A DNA stretch of 64,000 nt from Hydrolagus colliei (taxonomy: Eukaryota): NCBI GenBank assembly GCA_035084275.1, contig CM068754.1, positions 8,928,001-8,992,000 of the forward strand, given 5' to 3'. Shown piece by piece: positions 37,236-48,415 of the stretch. A program made the position numbers and the translations under genes. Within the stretch, counting starts at the first letter, position 1; each line of letters starts with the position of its first letter. The notes below the pieces were generated by a model that saw only the letters and a program-made list of their open reading frames with translations, did not search any database and was not told the DNA's origin.

Positions 37236-37362
37236 GACATTGTTTTATGAACTTCGAGTGGCAATAGAGCACATGACAGACAGACCTTCTTTTCCAACCT
37301 TCATCAGAAATGCATGTCACAAGACGATGAATTTAATTGGTAAACTTGCTCCAAGTTCATAA
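37236..37362 (+). CDS. TMEM33: TMEM33-like last coding exon 7 (127 coding bp incl. TAA)
   Basis: Acceptor aacAG at 37234-37235. Encodes TLFYELRVAIEHMTDRPSFPTFIRNACHKTMNLIGKLAPSS*, matching the TMEM33 C-terminal amphipathic region. Confidence 0.93.
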
Positions 37363-38824
37363 AAGATGAGACTCTCCGATTATCGGATAATCTGCACATG
37401 ATGGCATTCCTCGTTTTTTTAAATGCCCAGAAACTAACCCTTTGAACAATAGTGTTTTCAAACTTTATCATGTCTTGCAAATAGCTCTTTTGTTTTTGTT
37501 CCACATTTCTATCTTTTAGTTTTGTTCTCTGCGTCTACCAACACTTGGATCTTAATTTTATCTTTTTTTTGGACATGCTAGTTCCACATTCAATCATAAT
37601 GTGAATAGTTTCACTTTCACAGTAGAAAATTTACATTTTGAACAAAAGGTGGTCAGAGTGAATTTCAGATTAGTTTTGAAGAGTATGTATTCATCATATT
37701 TATTTCCAAAAGCAAGCTAACTGCACACCTTTGCATTATTTGTTATGATATCTTGTCTGTAATATTTATTGATGAAATATGGCCAGTAATATAATTTGAC
37801 CAAATAAGAGTGATAATTACTAATGTGGTTGTTTTGTTTGGAGTTCTAGCACAGCCTGAAGTCAGGCATGTAATGTTACTGGAAACGTTTCGCATTTCGG
37901 ATTAGTAACTGAATTATTTACTATGTATTGCACAAAAGCAATTTTAAATACTCGAGTTATGCAGCCATATTTGCTATCATACAGGTACTACATCTTTACT
38001 ATTCAGTTTCTCATGTTTGAGAAACTTTTATTGTCATTGGTACACAAAGCACATCTTCAGGAAGGAGCTGATGACTTCAGGTTTATAGTTTATGATAATT
38101 TATCAATTAAGGTTATGCCTAGATTCTGCGGGGGTTTTTTAATCAAAGAAACTTTGATTGAAACTTAGTAACTCATTGCCATTTCAATGAGTTACTAAGG
38201 TTCTGATGAAGAGCAAATGGGGGAAATGCTTTTAACAATTTAGCTTCATAAATCAAATGTAATCAATAGTGGGTTTTGAATATGTATTATTGCTTTACAT
38301 ATTCTTGAGTGTTTATCACTCCTAAAATAATTCTGGATGTTTTGTTTTTTAAAAAGCTGTATTTATAAGCCCTTGAGCCATAGGTTTTAATCCCCAGTAG
38401 TTTTGGAGCTTACAAGAAATTACTTAGTAATCATGAAAAATTAAAAGGAATGCCATTTGACATTAACAGTTATGGAAATCAACAACAACATCGTTAAATT
38501 AAAGCATGTCAGTAGCTATACATAATTTACTTCTACATTCTTTGTGATTACTGAAGGAAGTTACTGTGTTGTAAACTTAGACCTTTTTAAATCAAAGAAA
38601 CAAATGAGCAGTCAACAACTGTATATAAAAATATTTGCAACAGCGTGACCTCTGCTGGAAACTGGAATCAGAGTTCCCACCAGTTATTTTGACTTGCTTC
38701 CAGTTACCGCAGTGCAGGAGTGTTGTTTGCATAAATTCATTACAAATATTGTGTTATTAAACTCCTCTATCATGACTCACAAATGTCATATTACACAGTA
38801 TAATCAACACCACCTTGAATCCTT

Positions 38825-38962
38825 TAATGGTTGGAGAGGACAAGCCTGCATGCCTATGGAGAGAGCGTGGGGGAGTGGGATTGATTGGATAGCTTTTTTC
38901 GAATGCCAGCAGAGACACAATGGGCTGAATGGCCTCTGCTGTATAATTCAGTGATTTTATGA
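38825..38962 (+). mobile_element. CR1 3' UTR fragment (within the putative 3' UTR)
   Basis: ggggagtgggattgattggatagct...caatgggctgaatggcctc...gattttatga. Confidence 0.75.
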
Positions 38963-40326
38963 AGCAGGCTGTATAATTTGTGATTGGACATTGACACTGT
39001 TTCTAACTAGTATAGTGTATTAGACAATGTTGGATCTTTTAAATCCATTTCCTTGCCTTTACACATACCGCTTTATGCCCATACTCCCAGTATCTTGCTA
39101 TCTTTCAAACGTCCAAATTGATTCTGACTTCTGGGGCCCTGCATTCAAAGGATAAATGTAAAATGTTGCTTTTGAAGCAAGTGGAGTGGCAGCTCACATG
39201 AGACAAATGGCACTATTAAACAATGTTAAACAGTCATAATAGTCTCATTTTAAACACTTATGTGATACAAACAATAATGGGTGACCGTTTTATAAATATT
39301 TTGACCAGAGAGCTGACCATAATTTGTCACTAGCAAATTAGTCATTGCACCCTGAAATGATGTGTTCCTTTACCAGCAGTCATAATTGTTATCCTTTTGT
39401 CTCCTATAAATAGAGTAGATTGTATGGTTGGTCACTGCATCAATGTCCAACATCAAAGATTGGCATCTGGTCAGTAAAAGTGGGTGTATGATAAAGGAAG
39501 GGGGAAAGGACATCTGGCATGAATTCATCTGTGTTTTTATATTTGAATCGCTTTGCTGTTTTTGTCTGTTCATCTGCTCACAGGGAGATGTATGTAATGA
39601 AGCATGTAGTTGCAACTAGGCTATACCTCAGCTGGAAAATGTCACATTATATTACACGTTCCTCAAAAGCATAAATCATGCTCAAGATTTTTTTAAAATT
39701 GAAGGTAAGAAAAGAACCAATTGAATGATTTCGAGAATAAACAAGTCCCGGGAAATTGCATAATGTACTTCAAATTTTGTTGCATGTTATGGTTGTCAAA
39801 AGCTAAGATCTCTGGAGGCTTAAGTATTCATGGTACAAATGTGATTATAAAGATTGTAAGATTATGCAGATGTTCAAAGGGTTCTGGGGAATCTAAGACA
39901 GCCTTTATGCTGTGAATTTCACATTTCAATGTTGGAAACACCTTTGAGAGACCTCTGCAATAACGAGAAGCTTTTTTTCATGTCTTCATGTGCATCATCC
40001 ATGGTATGGCGAATGGACTTGTGTGTTTTATTATCTGTATAACAAAAGTATATATCAAAATTATTATGTTATTTTGTCTGTTAGTTTCCTTTATGTGCTC
40101 TGAGAATGCATTCAACCTTATCCAGGAATGTCTACCATTTATGTATAATTACGATAAATTTAGGAGGAGGAAAATGCATAATAAAAGATCAGACTGTAGG
40201 AAGTAATATTAGCCTCTACTTGCTATTTTTATCACTTACAAAGAAGTGCAATATTGTTCTGCTTATCTTTGAACAAATATTTTTGTGAAGTGCATTCTAT
40301 AGTATAATGAACTAGAAATGTCAAAA

Positions 40327-40332
40327 AATAAA
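40327..40332 (+). terminator. Candidate polyadenylation signal of the TMEM33-like gene (3' UTR about 3 kb)
   Basis: AATAAA followed about 15-35 nt later by GT/T-rich sequence (tctggtgtctgtttattttt). An alternative AATAAA lies at 39736. Confidence 0.4.
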
Positions 40333-40599
40333 CACATTTCCAGTATCTGGTGTCTGTTTATTTTTCTATACATGGAAATATTTGACACTTGCAGCTATGT
40401 TTGTAATCTGTATCCTTCACAATTTAGTAGAAAAACATTCTGCAAAATATAAAAGCTGCAGATATTCAGCTGTGATGGGTCTCCAGAGGATCTCGAGAGT
40501 AAATAAACAGATGAAAATAAAGGAAGATTCATATTCTTAGAATGTATTGAATAACGCATTTAATCTTATTAATAAAGCTCATAAGTATATTATTGAGAC

Positions 40600-40664
40600 T
40601 AGTGTAAAAGCGCTCTGGGACGCAAGCCTGTGTGATGGGCAATATATAAATGCAAGTTGTTGTT
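40600..40664 (+). mobile_element. L2 3' tail
   Basis: tgtaaaagcgctctgggacgc...atataaatgcaagttgttgtt. Confidence 0.7.
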
Positions 40665-42524
40665 AATTTCTACAGGATTGACAAGTGATGTTGGATGGAA
40701 AGTGATAAGGCAGTTTGTGCGTATGGTTTGATATGGCTATCGGTATTATAGGAAACCTCAGAGCAGATGATCTAGTATTGTCTTTTAGCTTTGGTAGAGT
40801 TGTTTAAAACTTCCCCCTTAGGATAATGTGTCCACTACAATTCAACCATTGGTTTGATACTCTTTTACACCAATGTAATCATATTTGTTTTAGTTGCAAA
40901 TTTGTTTCCGGTGCAAGATACCTTCTCAAAAACAAGACTGCATGACTTATTACAGATTGACACAGCTTTACCGATACAGTATTTCACAATTTGTTCTGAA
41001 TATGGATTTGTGGATAAATTGAATTTATCTGAATCTCAAAGTAGAATTTGATCACAGTCCTGCAGTCTCTTGTCAAACAATATGCATGTTCCCAATGCTC
41101 CTGCTTATTTCAGGAAAGTTCCTGCTTATCTCAGAAAGATTGTGTGCTATATACTTCTCCAGGTGTTCAGTTTGCACCCTCTGTGATTGCCCAGCATGCG
41201 CCATAATTTGAGTGGAGTGAGATGGATTGCTTTGCTTTTTCAAATACAACTCGTTCGGTTTCATCAGGTAAGCCAAGATCACAACAATTTATGACCTGCT
41301 TCAGCTGCAACGCCATCATCTATTTGTGTATTTTAGTACAAATTCTAACAGTAATTAGTTGAGATTTCACAGTTGATTGTCAAGCTTTTATCAGAGTAAA
41401 TGTGTACAGAATTTAGTTAAATAATTAATTTAATTTTACATTGAAGTATACACGGGTTTCTCTATAACTTTAAGTGAATGTCTCATCTACAATTAGAAAT
41501 ATTGCGTGGCCTTTATGCTTAAAAGTTTCTGACATGTCAGATTTCCCACTAACAGTATACATACAAATTTGGGATCTAGAGTACAGTATTATATAATGGG
41601 TAGAAAATGACTTTGCACTATTGAAGAAATTCCTAGTGCTGCCTGATACTGACATTTTCCAGCCAGATACTGTATTTTACATGTTCCTTCAGATTTGGGC
41701 TGATGGTGAGATGCTGTGTGAGAGATAATGCTCTCTGTAGTAACATCAAGCACTTCCAAGTAAGTGTTATCTCTAAAGTCATGTGTCAGCCACATTCTCT
41801 AAAAGGTTCTCTATGTGTGATAGCCTATTCCCCACATTGTCTAAATGATTTTACACTGAGCACCAATTGTAACATTTCACTTGTATTCTTTGATCAGTTG
41901 CCCAAAATAAAACATGTGAGGTGGAACTACAGAATGCACAAAATACGACCAAACAAGTTTGCTACAAATGCTACAAATGAATACAGTACATTCCGAGTCA
42001 GTTGTATGAAGGATGACTGATCAAGAATGTTTTCTGTATTCCTTCATCATTTGGCAGCAGAACTCTTAAGAAGGAAAGCAATAAGTTATCACGAGGTGAT
42101 GTGACTCACATATGAAGCGTCATGGGGAAGTTGATTCACACTTAAGGTCGCACATTCATAATTTGGACAATTTTGTGAATACTCATCCATTAGAAACTAT
42201 TAATTAGAAATTAATAGGAACCAGTCTCAGCTCACAAAGGCTTAACATTAGTCAGCCTCAACTCATACAATCTATTGACAGATACTGACTCAACAGGTAG
42301 TCACAATACCCCCTGTATGCTACTCAATAAGGATTATTCCCGCCCACAATGCACTACCAAATGTACTGTGTGGTGAATGAGAATATGCAGCTAAAGAACA
42401 ATGGTAAAATACAGTGCTGGTTATTTTTGTGAAAAAGGAATTTACTGTGGAGGGTCTTTCATCATCGCTCCAGGTTTGACTTGTAACTTCAACAACATGG
42501 ATTCATATCGCACTCTACCAGGGG

Positions 42525-42746
42525 TAGCCACTACGCCCCGAGGCTCTGGAACTCCCTTCCTCACTCGCTTCGCCTCGCCCCCTCTCTTCCCAGTTTCAGG
42601 TTACAGTTGAAGACCTTTCTCTTTGACCGAGCTTTTGGCCACCTTCCTGCCCCTGCCCCTGGCTCGGTCCCGGGATCCGCTACTGTGAAGCGCTCTGAGA
42701 CGCCGTCCGGTGTGGAGAGCGCTATATAAATCGAAGTTGTTGTTGT
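42525..42746 (+). mobile_element. Young L2 3' end (same subfamily as 29599-30379)
   Basis: Near-identical to the reverse complement of 29599-29825. CpG-rich with a (GTT)n tail. Confidence 0.92.
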
Positions 42747-42914
42747 AGTGTCCCGAAGTGCTTCGATCACAAGAGATGAAATGATGCTGTTCTATCTCAA
42801 TACACAAAACCTGTATAAACACAAATCACAGTGGCTGGACCAAGAATCTTTGCTACTTTATCCTTCAGAACAAGCATTGCAGGATTACTATGAAAATAAC
42901 CTTTCATCACCGAC

Positions 42915-43282
42915 AACCAGACAATTACACTTGTATAACGCTTTTCACATCAGGAGGACATCCCAAAGCGCTGAACAGTCATTGTTTCATCCCCCAGGGA
43001 TGGGGAAGGTGGAAGGAAAGGGGGATTTGGTGTGACCAATGGGACCGTTGAAGAGGAGGGTCTTGAGGCAGGACTTGAAGGAGGCCAGGGAGGGGGCGAG
43101 GCAGAGGGACTGCAGGACGGAGTTCCAGAAGTTAGGGGCTGAAGGCTCGCCCGCCAATGTTGGGGTGGGTGGACGTGGAGCAGGTCGGAGCCTGCTGAGC
43201 AAAGGGGACGGGCAGTTTGGTAGGGGGTTAGCAGGTCACAGATATAGGGTGGGGCGAGGCTGTGGCGGCCTTTGAATGTGAG
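42915..43282 (-). mobile_element. L2 3' end (different subfamily)
   Basis: Minus ORF ...APNFWNSVLQSLCLAPSLASFKSCLKTLLF (L2 ORF2 end) plus the tail. Confidence 0.88.
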
Positions 43283-44748
43283 ACACTATTATATGTACAT
43301 GAAAACACTAGTATTGCTGTTAATTTGTGGCTGAAAGTGCAATGTGTATGTCGGAACAATTGTTCAACTTTTTAAGTTGCGATATACAATATATAATAAA
43401 TTCTCAACCAAATGTGAAGTATGACTTGAAGAATTTTCTATCAAATGCACATCCTCAAATGATCCAATATATTTTCACACTAAACAGATTAAAAGTTAAT
43501 AAAGATAAATTATCCAGAAGCTTATAGTTCATCTGTGTCAAATTGGAAAGACTCATACAAATTTGCATTTTCAGTTTGTTTTGAAAACTGGCCTGTTTAG
43601 AAATGATTATGGATTAAAAACTTAATATTGAATGTCATAATGAAAGTACATATTTAACTGAGTCTTTTCATGCACAGTGGAATGTTACGTATGATTTTAT
43701 TTATTTTTGCCTTGATGTTTCAAACCAGTATTTCAGACATCCTGTGAACAAAATTGTGGAACAAAACTTATTAACTGACAATAAGTAACATAATAAAAAA
43801 AAACATGAAAATGATTGTCTGGATTGGTGGACATCTAAAAGAGTTCCAAACCTCTAATCCAACTGCACCTTTTGAACATCTAAAACAAGCTTGAGGAGTT
43901 TTAAAGGCCTTTGTTAATTTGCACAAAATATTTTTTAAAATAGGTTTTCCATATTAAAATACAATAAAGTCTTTGTCAAAAAGTATGGCAGTAGGTGTAT
44001 GTAAATCTAAATATACATTCCAAATGTATATTCATTCAGCGTGTCTTTATTATAGGGTTTCCAGTACACTGAGGACTACAAAGTACTCAGTGTACTCCTG
44101 GGAATTCAGCTGCAAAAGTAGATTGTGTAGTAACAGAGTTTTTGAGATCAGTATGATATATGTCCAGTCATCTGGGAAAGTTCTCCCATGTAGTTGAAGA
44201 ATTCTGTTAGAAATCATTGTTTCCGTCTGCACAAGATTGACTCTTGGATTGGTACATTTAATCCTTATGCACTTCACCTCTGCAGAAAGTCTAAGGGTTT
44301 TGAAGCATCTTCATGTTGACAATTTTCAAAAATATTACTTGTTTACACCCATCGTTTCTTCATGATTGACATTCCCCGATTGTTCCATGGACATAGGGAA
44401 GCTGAGATATGTGGGCCAGAGCCCATGGGAGGGGAAAAAAAGCATCAATTTTGCAAGTGAAATGAATATTCCTGTACTTATGAAATATGTCAAGATATTT
44501 TGAAAGGATAAGACCATAAAGATGGGAGTTCTCTCTTACTGACAAATTGCTAAGAAGAAATGTCATATTTCAAATTTATTAAATCAGTGATCTGTTGGAT
44601 TCGCACCCAATTGCACACCACCTTTCAAGCTTGTTTCCTGCACTTTTTATATGTAATTGAAGCAACATTTCACTCCATTATGTTTCTTCCATATGAACAC
44701 AAGCTGGAAATATGCACTCCCCTGTATTCCTGTGCTAAATTTACTATT

Positions 44749-45066
44749 AATAATAATAATACAGTACTTGCATTTGATATGGCACTTTTCATTTTTTGTT
44801 AAGACGTCTCAAAGTACTTCACAGGATATACCGTAAATTGAATTGACTGTATATATGTGGGCAAACGCAACAGCCAATTGCACACAGCAGTGTCTCACAA
44901 ACAGTCATGGATTGAAAGATCAATTTACTGCTTTTTAAAAAAAAAATTGAGGGATTATTATTAGGCGTGTGGAGTAAGGATACTTTCCCAAGGTTTCGCC
45001 CTGCCTGAAATTGAATCCAGGTCTCTCGCTTGTAAGGCGAATGCTCTAACCACTGAGCTACAGGAC
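44749..45066 (-). mobile_element. Full-length tRNA-derived SINE
   Basis: Same family as 7308-7611: head GTCCTGTAGCTCAGTGGTTAGAGC, Deu-like core, (ATT)n tail. Confidence 0.9.
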
Positions 45067-47324
45067 TGCACAAGTTGCAATTGTTAGATTTAGTGCTTAA
45101 AAGCAATGTTGCCATTGAAAAACATTATCATAAATTAATAATGTTTTTGAATGAAAAAACTGTGTAACAGCCTCTTTTACCATCACAATTTGTAGAGCGA
45201 GAAATTGTAATGTAGTTAAGATGTTCTAAGTTGGCACAAAATCAGCTAAGAACGTTCAAGGCTATAAATGAATTCAATTAAATGGACTAGTGCAGCCGGA
45301 ATATGGTTTGAGTACGGTTTCTGCTTCTCTACAAAATGAGTATGATTACACGTTTACTCACTCACATACAGCTTTGTTAACTCACAGTTTCTATGTGTGT
45401 TTTGTGCTCATTTCTCTTTTAGACTTGAATTGAGATTGGGTTACATCCAGTCCTAATTTGGATTGTTCTTTGAAACGGATCCTTGCTGTGCCAACCATTG
45501 TAACCAACACAAATATTTTGAAAAGAGTGAACTGGTGACCAAATACTTATGTTACTGGTAAGGTAGGCTTTTAGGAAATACAATATCCAGTGAAATCTTT
45601 GTGATATCTCCCATTTTCCAGTCGAGACAATTGTGCTGTTAATGTTTCATTTGTAAACGCATAACATGTCAACTCCACTTTCTTTAGAACAAAGGAAGGA
45701 TGAAGAAATAAAGAACAGCTGCATTTCCTATTCTTTGGAAATCCTCAGTGATGTAGTCATCGGGTTTTGTAATTGTTTGGTATTAATAATAAGGTGTTTG
45801 TCTCCACATATGGCCTTGAGGAGGTGCTTTCATTTTGTACTTTAAATATCAATAAAAGGGAAATTATTGGAACTACCATAATGCAAGGTGCAAATAGATT
45901 TAGGTCAGTGCATTCATACCTGCGTTTTTCACTTTTATAGCTATGCTATAAAACTTCACATGAATGTGAAGAAAATTACAGCAATTTACAACAGCAAAGG
46001 AATACTTGAACCATTTTTTTTTTAATTGAATCACATTGTACAAATGCCATGCAGGACCTGGCATTATATGTGACCTTTTCTGCCAGACTTTTACAAACAG
46101 GTAAATTGACAGGTGAATCTGATATTCACAGTATTTTGACACAATATACTTCCATATGACTCAATGGTAATAGGAGCATTGCAATTCTGGATCTCTTAAT
46201 TCAAACCGGATGTGTGAAAAATAGTTGGGCAATTCTGGTTTTAAAAACTTAAAATTATTGTATTATATCCATTTTTATTGCCTTATGTATAATATTGTGT
46301 AAAAACAAAATGAAAGAGTGAATTATGGGATTATTAATAACTGCAAGCATAGCAGGAATCAGTTACACTATAATTTGCTTCGATATACATGATGCCAAAC
46401 CGTGCTAACTTAATCGTGAGTCATGACCACAAATGACCATTAAAGATTTTGTTGTACATGGGTCGCCTCTTACAACAAATAGCTGGTATTCATTTCTAAC
46501 ATATGCAAGGCCCTTAAAATTGCCTCTATAATAATTTCCAAACGTTTCTCCACAGTTAACCACACCAAGCCTGAAAAGTGCTGCTCCTTGCCAATCAGGA
46601 TGGTGAATCAACAAGTGGCTATTTTCCTATTTAATTCCTCAAATTCAGAACCGCCACTAACTAGCAGTGGAATGTGTGGCCTGGATTACTTTCGTTCGGG
46701 ACATGTCTGATAGGGTGAATGAATTTCAGAGAGCATACGTCTGGTGTGAATTTGTCCGTAAAAGAGGAACAGGAGCTATTCAAATGCAGGTCATGCGAGA
46801 GAAGGAGAAACATGCCGGCAACACAAGGAGGAGCGAGAGGCAGGGAATGTAGAATGAAGTGTTATCCTCTAGAACTCAGAAATGGAGGCATTGAGATATT
46901 AATACCACACCCATAATAATCACCTTGTTCACTTTATTTACTGCCTACTCAATGTCATTCTAATTCCATTTTCTTTTAAAAGGAGCCTTAGGTATCAGAT
47001 GGCAGAGATGCACCTCTCAGATAAGAAGGAAGGTATTATATCAAACATGTATTCTCTTACTACTGTTGAGTAAAGCCTGCAATACAATCTATTTCTGATT
47101 TGCATGTAAGCAATCAGAAATTAAGGTTACAACAAAAGACTATGTTGGTTAAATAATGAAGAGAAAATGCACTTTGTGCATATGTTCAGTGCTGAGGAAG
47201 AAGAATTGGTGTTCCGGTGGTGAATAAAATATTGATAATGGTTTAGAAATAAGTTAATACCATTAAATATTCTATAACAGCTATTGTCATAAGTGGAGCA
47301 GTTTGGGGATTTCCCTTGACATGT

Positions 47325-47378
47325 CTATACTGCTAAAGACTATACTGCTAAAGACTATACTGCTAAAGACTGTACTGC
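47325..47378. repeat. 15-bp tandem repeat, about 3.6 copies
   Basis: CTATACTGCTAAAGA x3 followed by CTGTACTGC. Confidence 0.95.
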
Positions 47379-48206
47379 CTGTAGCACAATAACTACCTCA
47401 TTTTTATCAACATAGCCTGCCCAGTACAAGAGAAATGTTCACATACATTATTTTTAAATACTCCAGATATATACGAGCCTGACATGAGCAAGTTTTACCA
47501 AATTCAGTTTTGTTTTGTCCACCTCAATCTTTTGCATGTTAAATAAATTCGGCACTTTTGTTGTGGAAATAGTGCTCATATTCAAAGCAACAGTGGATCT
47601 TAAGATTTGCCGATAATGTGCTCTGTTGCCAATAAATCATTCTACGAGTTGGTCCCTGGACAGTAAGAAGTCAACTTATCCCAGGGTGAAAGCCGATTGC
47701 TGCATTCATACAATGTCGGCTCCAGCTCCTGGTGCTGCCGATGTGCACTTGTTGTGTTTCATCGCAGCAAATCCCATCGTCTGATTGCAATGACCAATGA
47801 CAGCGAAAGCTCTTGGGGGATGTGCCACATGTGTTGCGGTCACCCAGCCTGCTGTGGCCAAAAAATATGGTAGCCTTTGACTGTTAGTGTTTATGCTATT
47901 TGAACACTACGAGGAATCAGCCAACTTTTTTTCAGGCAAAAGCACCATGTCTAATTTTGCCTCCAACTCTTGGCTTGCCCTCGGTGGCAAAGCAACAAAG
48001 CAATGGCAGATAACATTAACAGCAAGACACATAAGCCAACTGACTGGCAGTCAAATTTATGGTTGAGGACAGTACACCACGTTTGTGATGGCACTTGAGG
48101 ATATCGTTGTAATGTCATATTAAAGGTAGTTCTAAGCTATTTGCTCCCGAATTGCAGTTCCAATAACACAGCACAGGATGAGACTTCTGCGATTGCAATC
48201 CTAATG

Positions 48207-48208
<2 letters not shown>

Positions 48209-48234
<26 letters not shown>
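48209..48234. repeat. (TA)n microsatellite
   Basis: Direct observation. Confidence 0.95.
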
Positions 48235-48238
<4 letters not shown>

Positions 48239-48309
48239 GCAATGTGTTTCTAGTTCCATCCGCACATAATATGGATAATGCTCGCATTTAATTACAGTGG
48301 CTGTAAAGT

Positions 48310-48415
48310 CAAAATGATTCAGTGTTTCACAGGAAATTTTCAAGTGTAGTGACTGTTTGTAGGAAAATGTGACTGCCATTTTGTGAAGGGTTTCAAACAC
48401 AGGCATGAATTCATT
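48310..48415 (-). mobile_element. Older Deu-type SINE fragment
   Basis: Reverse complement reads ...ttcacaaaatggcagtcacattttcctacaaacagtcactacacttgaaaat..tgtgaaacac, a Deu core to tail junction. Confidence 0.55.

Noticed and set aside
41099-41138. About 20-bp imperfect tandem duplication (TCCTGCTTAT.TCAG.AAAG)
   Set aside because: Ordinary slippage duplication with no further structure.
46667-46916. Purine-rich ORFs as an exon of a downstream gene
   Set aside because: No recognisable protein, weak splice signals and no partner exons.
47325-47378. CRISPR-like array
   Set aside because: A head-to-tail minisatellite with no spacers, in eukaryotic DNA.
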